64,000 bases of DNA from Deltaproteobacteria bacterium (GTDB taxonomy: Bacteria; Myxococcota_A; Polyangia; HGW-17). The stretch is from the NCBI GenBank assembly GCA_016937155.1, contig JAFGWM010000040.1, positions 149,267 to 213,266 on the forward strand, read 5' to 3'. This document shows positions 59,052-64,000 of this stretch, one piece after another. Each line of letters opens with the position of its first letter. Position 1 is the first letter of the stretch. The notes under the pieces were generated by a model, which ran no database searches, was not told where the DNA came from, and saw nothing but the letters and a program-made list of their open reading frames with translations. The position numbers and the translations under genes are program-made.

Positions 59052-59387
59052 TTAAGGAGTCTGTGTTAGTTGAATAATTTCAAGAACTACCTGTGAATAA
59101 TAGTCGTATGATTTTTTTCCGTTTTTAGTTAGGGATAATGTAGTGAGTGGTTTGTTATTACGAAATTCTTTATGAACTTTAATAAATTCAGCATCCTGTA
59201 GCTTTTTAAGATGAAAACTTAGATTTCCCTGAGTCAGTCCGGAGTTTCTTAAAAGCTCCATAAATTCTGCACTTTTAAATTTATAAAGATAAGTCAGTAT
59301 TACAAATCTGGCTGGTTCATTGATATAACGATCCAGTTTATCAATATTGTGAAATGGAAATACTTCTCTCTCCTTTTTGCTCATCAT
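59052..59387 (-). CDS. winged-helix transcriptional regulator (ArsR/PadR-like)
   Basis: 111 aa; RFVILTYLYKFKSAEFMELLRNSGLTQGNLSFHLKKLQDAEFIKV is a typical wHTH. Confidence 0.6.
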   Translation of the reverse strand: MMSKKEREVFPFHNIDKLDRYINEPARFVILTYLYKFKSAEFMELLRNSGLTQGNLSFHLKKLQDAEFIKVHKEFRNNKPLTTLSLTKNGKKSYDYYSQVVLEIIQLTQTP

Positions 59388-59643
59388 ATGTTTCCTTTCA
59401 TTTTTTTGTTCAGGTATGCTGTACCATTGAGTACATCGGCAGTCAGAACCCTCAGTTTAACAAAATCGTCTGTAATAGTAATAAATCACAATAACTACAG
59501 ACGTCTTTCCACCGAAAATACCTCTGGATATGGAACACCATGAAAATATCAGACAACAAACCTGTATGATTTTTTTCCCTCAGAAATAATTCATTGGTGT
59601 TATTTTCAATAATCAAACATAAAATACAAGTTTTTCCTGAATT

Positions 59644-60306
59644 TTAGTTATTTTTTTTATCATCAGAATATCCTGTTTTATTGTCAGTTTTATTATTTGT
59701 ATTAACTTCAGACCCGGTTATCAGTTTGTTCCACGGAACTTTATTAGATTCATAGCACGTATATTTTAAATAATTTTCATCTCCAAGAGTCTCCAGGAGT
59801 TCAGTGGAAAAAATTCTTATTATCTCCTGACTTCTTTTTAGGGTTTCATTGAGTCTGGCATTTCCTGCAATCCATTTGTTTTTGTTTTCAAACATTGAAA
59901 TTCCAGCTTTAATGGCTGCTCTGATTATCTTCTGTTTGACGTTCTCAGAGAGATCTTCTCCAAATTTGTTTTTTAAACGCTTTTTATGAAACATTATAAT
60001 TTTACGGATTATTTGTGATTTTTGAATCTGTAACAGTTTGTAATTCAGCGGTAAAACAACTGTGTTTGAGGTGTTATTTACTTTGATATCAGTTATTTCA
60101 AGCAACTGTCTTCGCGAAAGCGGGTTTTTATCATGAGGATAATTTAACTGTTTTGCAGCGTGAGAGGTAACTCTGGATGTGTCTGAGTTATTAAATGATT
60201 TATTCGAAAAGTTTATGATCATTACAAATATGACAACAGCTCCAGTGATGGAAACAGCTCCAACAACCATGTTTCTGGAATTTTCAGTATCACGCTTTTC
60301 AGACAT
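59644..60306 (-). CDS. hypothetical membrane-anchored protein
   Basis: 220 aa; N-terminal TM helix (VVGAVSITGAVVIFVMII); no recognisable domain. Confidence 0.4.
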   Translation of the reverse strand: MSEKRDTENSRNMVVGAVSITGAVVIFVMIINFSNKSFNNSDTSRVTSHAAKQLNYPHDKNPLSRRQLLEITDIKVNNTSNTVVLPLNYKLLQIQKSQIIRKIIMFHKKRLKNKFGEDLSENVKQKIIRAAIKAGISMFENKNKWIAGNARLNETLKRSQEIIRIFSTELLETLGDENYLKYTCYESNKVPWNKLITGSEVNTNNKTDNKTGYSDDKKNN

Positions 60307-60540
60307 CCGTGTCCTCTGGTTGAAAGAGATTAGCTAGGAACAGTCCTTATTACATATAGTTTTTTCACATACATAAAAATCATGGAGGAACTCTGGCTAA
60401 ATTTTTTGGTATTATGTAAAAAAAATGTTTCATGGCTCTTTCCATTCAGATAGTAAATACAGCTCATTTGTTATACTAAGCAAAAACCCTGCCAAGAACT
60501 GATGTTTATTGATAACTATTTGAAAGCAAACACCAGATAG

Positions 60541-60730
60541 AAATACTTTTTAAAGAAAAAAAAAAACACTGGATTGTATAAAATATATACATAAAAATTT
60601 TAAAAATTTGAAAGTTTGAAAATATGTACATAATAAATTAATAAAAACAAATACTTTAAAATATATTTTGAGTTTTTAACTAAATGTATAAAAAATTAAC
60701 ATATATGTAAAAAATATATACTGTTTTAGG
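60541..60730. promoter_or_regulatory. AT-rich divergent intergenic region with repeated TATGTACATA-like palindromic motifs
   Basis: direct reading: aaatatatacataaaaa, aaatatgtacataataaa, aaatgtataaaaaa, catatatgtaaaaaatatatac within a 606-bp gap between divergent genes. Confidence 0.4.
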
Positions 60731-60936
60731 GCTATGGGATTTTGTACTGAAATTTTTAAGATCCTAAAAAATTCTGGGATAAAAGTTTTGAGCATATGTC
60801 TGATATGATGTGGGAATGGAAAAATTAATTATTATATTTCAATTGGATAGAACAGATGGTCTTGTGGGGTTGAAACATTTTAAAATGAGTGTATTAAGGA
60901 AAAATCTGCTTTTTGCAGTTTTTAAGGAGTATAAAT

Positions 60937-61725
60937 ATGTCTGATTTATCTGGAGTTAAAAATCGAATAATTGTTTTATCAGGTAAGGGTGGAGTTGGAA
61001 AAAGTACTGTAAGTGTAAATATCGCCGCCGGACTTGCTGCAAAAGGATTTAAAACAGGCCTTATGGATGTAGACTTTCATGGTCCAAGTATTCCTACAAT
61101 GCTGGGAATCAAGGATGGTTCAGCAGTTGGAGGCGAAAACGGAATTATTCCGGTTGAGAGTCATGGAATTAAGGTTATCAGTATTTCCTTTTTTGTGGAT
61201 AATCGTGATGAAGCTGTTATCTGGAGAGGACCGATGAAGGCAGGAGCAATCAAACAGTTTCTTGGTGATGTGGACTGGGGTGATCTTGATTATCTGATTA
61301 TTGATGCGCCTCCAGGGACAGGTGATGAACCTTTAAGTGTAGTGCAGGAAATTAAAACATCTCTGACTTCAGTTATTGTCACAACGCCACAGCTTGTAAG
61401 TGAAACTGATGTCAGAAAATCCTTGAATTTCTGTAGAAAGTTAAATATTCCAGTGGCTGGAGTAATCGAAAATATGAGTGGTTTTGTCTGTCCTCACTGT
61501 GGTGAGACAACACCAATTTTCCGTTCCGGTGCAGGCTCCCGTCTTAGTGATGAGTTTCATGTTCCTTTTCTGGGTACAATTCCTGTTGAACCTGTTATTG
61601 GAGAAGCCTGTGACACGGGAGTTCCATATATTACTGCCCATCCTGAAAGTGTAAGTTCAAAATCCATGTCTGCAATGCTGGACAGTATTACTTCATTCAT
61701 AAACAGTAATTCCACCGGGGAATAG
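60937..61725 (+). CDS. apbC: Mrp/ApbC/NBP35-family Fe-S cluster carrier ATPase
   Basis: ORF 60913..61725; start MSDLSGVKNRIIVLSGKGGVGKST (deviant Walker A); CPHC motif. Confidence 0.9.
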   Translation: MSDLSGVKNRIIVLSGKGGVGKSTVSVNIAAGLAAKGFKTGLMDVDFHGPSIPTMLGIKDGSAVGGENGIIPVESHGIKVISISFFVDNRDEAVIWRGPMKAGAIKQFLGDVDWGDLDYLIIDAPPGTGDEPLSVVQEIKTSLTSVIVTTPQLVSETDVRKSLNFCRKLNIPVAGVIENMSGFVCPHCGETTPIFRSGAGSRLSDEFHVPFLGTIPVEPVIGEACDTGVPYITAHPESVSSKSMSAMLDSITSFINSNSTGE

Positions 61726-61789
61726 TTGTTCTTTATCCCAAAAGGCAATTTATTTGAGTCAATTTTCATAAAGTGGGGTATAACTCCCT

Positions 61790-63532
61790 TTGTATATGCT
61801 TTTGCAAAGGAGCTGCATTATGTTCAGGAACCTGTTTTATTTTACGATGATGCTTTTATTGTCAATGGGATGCAAGTCAATCGATGATAGCAACAAAACT
61901 GATTCCGGAATTGATTCGGGATTTGACAGTGGAGTAGACAGCTCTGAAGATGCAGATAGCAGCTTTGATACAGTAGAGGATGATATAACGGACATTATTG
62001 ATCCCGCCTGGTATGAAGATGATCCTGAGGGATTTGTAACACCTGACAATCTCATACAAAACTCGGTTCATGGATCCTTGGTGATAATCACCGGGTCTTC
62101 ACTTAAAACCCGGTGGGAGTATTTTGCAGGAATTAAAAATTCTGAAGGAATTTCAACTGAGGTTGTAACTATGGACGAAATATCATCCGCATATCAGGGG
62201 GTGGATGATGCAGAAAAACTGCGAAATTTTTTAAAGGAAAGATATAACGAGGGTACCTTGCGTTTTGCTCTTATGGGTGGTGATTCTCAGATTGTTCCAT
62301 TCAGGAGGGTTGAAAATTATATTATGGTAACTGAGGAATATACTTCCAATGGTCCAAGTCAGTTATATTTTTCAAATCTCTCAGTTGATTTTGATGCAGA
62401 CAGTGATGGTGTTTTTGGTGAGAAGGATGAAGATTTTTCTCTTGAGGCTGCAAGAAATACAGATATTGCTGTTGGAAGAGTGAGTGTGTCAACCGAAGAG
62501 GAACTTTCAAATTATATTGCAAAATATCTCAAATATTCCAGTGGTAACTCAGGAAAGAATTATTATCCACTTCTTTTATCGGATATAGCTTCAACACTCC
62601 CAATAATAGGGGCTGTAGATGCAGCTGAAGGTGTTGAATCAACTTTCGATGCGTTTTTCCCTGAAATTTATACTGAAAATGTGAAAAAACTTTATGCCAC
62701 AGAGAGTGCTGCAGGCTTATATGGTGGTGAAGTGATAACTGTGGAGAAAGTGAGAGAAGCTCTCTCCGACGGATATGGAATGATTTTTCATAACGGACAT
62801 GGATCCCATGGCTGGCTTACTGATATTTTAAACGCCGCCTTTGTGGATTCACTTACAAATACTGTTCCTCCTGTTATGCTGTCATGCGCCTGTCTCACGG
62901 GAAATTTTGCAGATGTTGCGGTATCATCCACTTTTGATGGGTGGTCTGTTCAAACTGAAGATCAGGACAGTGCAGGTGAAAAATTTATTAATAATCCGGA
63001 AGGTGGTGTTGCTTATGTTGGCAACACTGGTACAGGGCTTGGTCCCATAGGTGGTAGTCAGTTTCTCCATGCAATGTATGAGGGTCTTTTCGTAATGGGA
63101 TACCAATATATAGGTGAAGCATTCAATTATGGCAGAACAAGAGCCAGAAGTATTGAATACAGTCTTGCCATGCTACCGGTATCCATGACAGATGACAGCG
63201 AATGGTGGACTTCTCATGCGATAATTCTTCTTGGAGATCCTTCACTCCGGATTCCTGTTAATGATATGAATTATTTTTCAATAGAAACTCCTGTGGTTTA
63301 TGGTCCGGGAATTAATGATCTGTCGCTGATTGTAAAAAATTCTGGAGGAGAGGCTTTGTCAGGGGCAAAAGTTTCACTTTTTAAAGAGGGTGATTTTCGT
63401 ATTGAAGGTATATCAGATAATCAGGGTCACGTAACTTTCAATTTTATACCCCGTGGTCCTGGTGAGATTAATGTGATCGCACAAATGGACGGTTATTTCT
63501 TTTTTCATACTGTAATTCTTCCGGATATTTAG
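61790..63532 (+). CDS. clan CD (gingipain/C25-like) cysteine peptidase-like lipoprotein
   Basis: 580 aa; lipobox LSMGCKS; His-Gly and Cys contexts MIFHNGHGSHG and VMLSCACLTGNF as in caspase-like peptidases. Confidence 0.5.
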   Translation: MYMLLQRSCIMFRNLFYFTMMLLLSMGCKSIDDSNKTDSGIDSGFDSGVDSSEDADSSFDTVEDDITDIIDPAWYEDDPEGFVTPDNLIQNSVHGSLVIITGSSLKTRWEYFAGIKNSEGISTEVVTMDEISSAYQGVDDAEKLRNFLKERYNEGTLRFALMGGDSQIVPFRRVENYIMVTEEYTSNGPSQLYFSNLSVDFDADSDGVFGEKDEDFSLEAARNTDIAVGRVSVSTEEELSNYIAKYLKYSSGNSGKNYYPLLLSDIASTLPIIGAVDAAEGVESTFDAFFPEIYTENVKKLYATESAAGLYGGEVITVEKVREALSDGYGMIFHNGHGSHGWLTDILNAAFVDSLTNTVPPVMLSCACLTGNFADVAVSSTFDGWSVQTEDQDSAGEKFINNPEGGVAYVGNTGTGLGPIGGSQFLHAMYEGLFVMGYQYIGEAFNYGRTRARSIEYSLAMLPVSMTDDSEWWTSHAIILLGDPSLRIPVNDMNYFSIETPVVYGPGINDLSLIVKNSGGEALSGAKVSLFKEGDFRIEGISDNQGHVTFNFIPRGPGEINVIAQMDGYFFFHTVILPDI

Positions 63533-63601
63533 TCTGACCTTCTTTAAATCCTCCCATATGTGATATTGAGAACCATATTTTAATGTGGTATCATCCCTCC
63601 C

Positions 63602-64000
63602 ATGGCAAAACAGAAAAAAGAAACTCAGAAAACTCATAAAAGAATGAGGATCTTTATTGATGCCAATTCAGGTGTCGAAACTGTTGAAATTGATATACCT
63701 CAGATTCAGGATACAATACGTACTGAAGCAGGCAGAGCACTTTCAGAGGGTGACAAAAATCTTCTTCCTGATGTTGATACGGAAAGATATCACTTCAGAA
63801 ATGAGCTTGGTAAGGGTGGTATAGGAAGAGTATGGGTGGCTCTTGATAAGAATCTTATGAGGAAGGTTGCAATAAAAGAACTTCTGATTCCCACAAGGGA
63901 TGATGCTGAGGATACTTATATTCCATCCGAAGAGAGTGAACAGAGATTTCTTTATGAAGCCAGACTCACAGGAATTCTTGAACATCCGGGGATTGTACCG
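63602..64000 (+). CDS. Hanks-type Ser/Thr protein kinase, N-terminal fragment (truncated by window end)
   Basis: not in ORF track (no stop in window); ATG at 63602; Gly-rich loop LGKGGIGRVW, ATP lysine VAIKEL, EQRFLYEARLTGILEHPGIV. Confidence 0.75.
   Translation, partial: MAKQKKETQKTHKRMRIFIDANSGVETVEIDIPQIQDTIRTEAGRALSEGDKNLLPDVDTERYHFRNELGKGGIGRVWVALDKNLMRKVAIKELLIPTRDDAEDTYIPSEESEQRFLYEARLTGILEHPGIVP

Noticed and set aside
1-64000. tRNA, rRNA, transposase, integrase or prophage genes
   Set aside because: No cloverleaf-like conserved tRNA segments, rRNA-like regions, DDE transposase or tyrosine recombinase motifs were recognised in any frame or intergenic gap; a dedicated tRNA or covariance-model scan would be needed to be certain about small RNAs

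Overview
The window reads as a chromosomal segment from a low-GC Gram-negative bacterium with deltaproteobacterial-type (Myxococcus/Bdellovibrio-like) hallmarks; the lineage guess is inference from protein motifs only. About 60 protein-coding genes are called, densely packed on both strands. I found no rRNA, tRNA, CRISPR array, transposase or integrase by eye. Main blocks: (1) 0-12 kb, secreted or lipoprotein genes (Cys-rich proteins, TPR protein, LolA-like, a subtilase with Myxococcus-type Cys-rich repeats) plus a MoxR ATPase/DUF58 pair and a ThiF-like E1; (2) lgt and clpX; (3) a vWA lipoprotein, a tandem zinc-ribbon repeat protein and a membrane protein; (4) a complete 12-gene type II secretion (gspC-N-like) operon at 19.1-33.1 kb, preceded by a duplicated palindrome; (5) an aconitase-family gene followed by ATP-citrate lyase aclB-aclA; (6) housekeeping genes (rpsD, formiminotransferase and cyclodeaminase, surE, apt, class II HMG-CoA reductase, guaB, nadA, apbC, a sigma-28-like factor); (7) a clan-CD peptidase-like lipoprotein and a truncated Ser/Thr kinase at the 3' end. 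The strongest candidates for something undescribed are the seven-repeat zinc-ribbon protein (16401-17657), the MYXO-CTERM-like C-terminal anchors on two secreted proteins, and the atypical features of the secretion locus. All product calls come from reading the translated ORFs against remembered family motifs; no database search was run.
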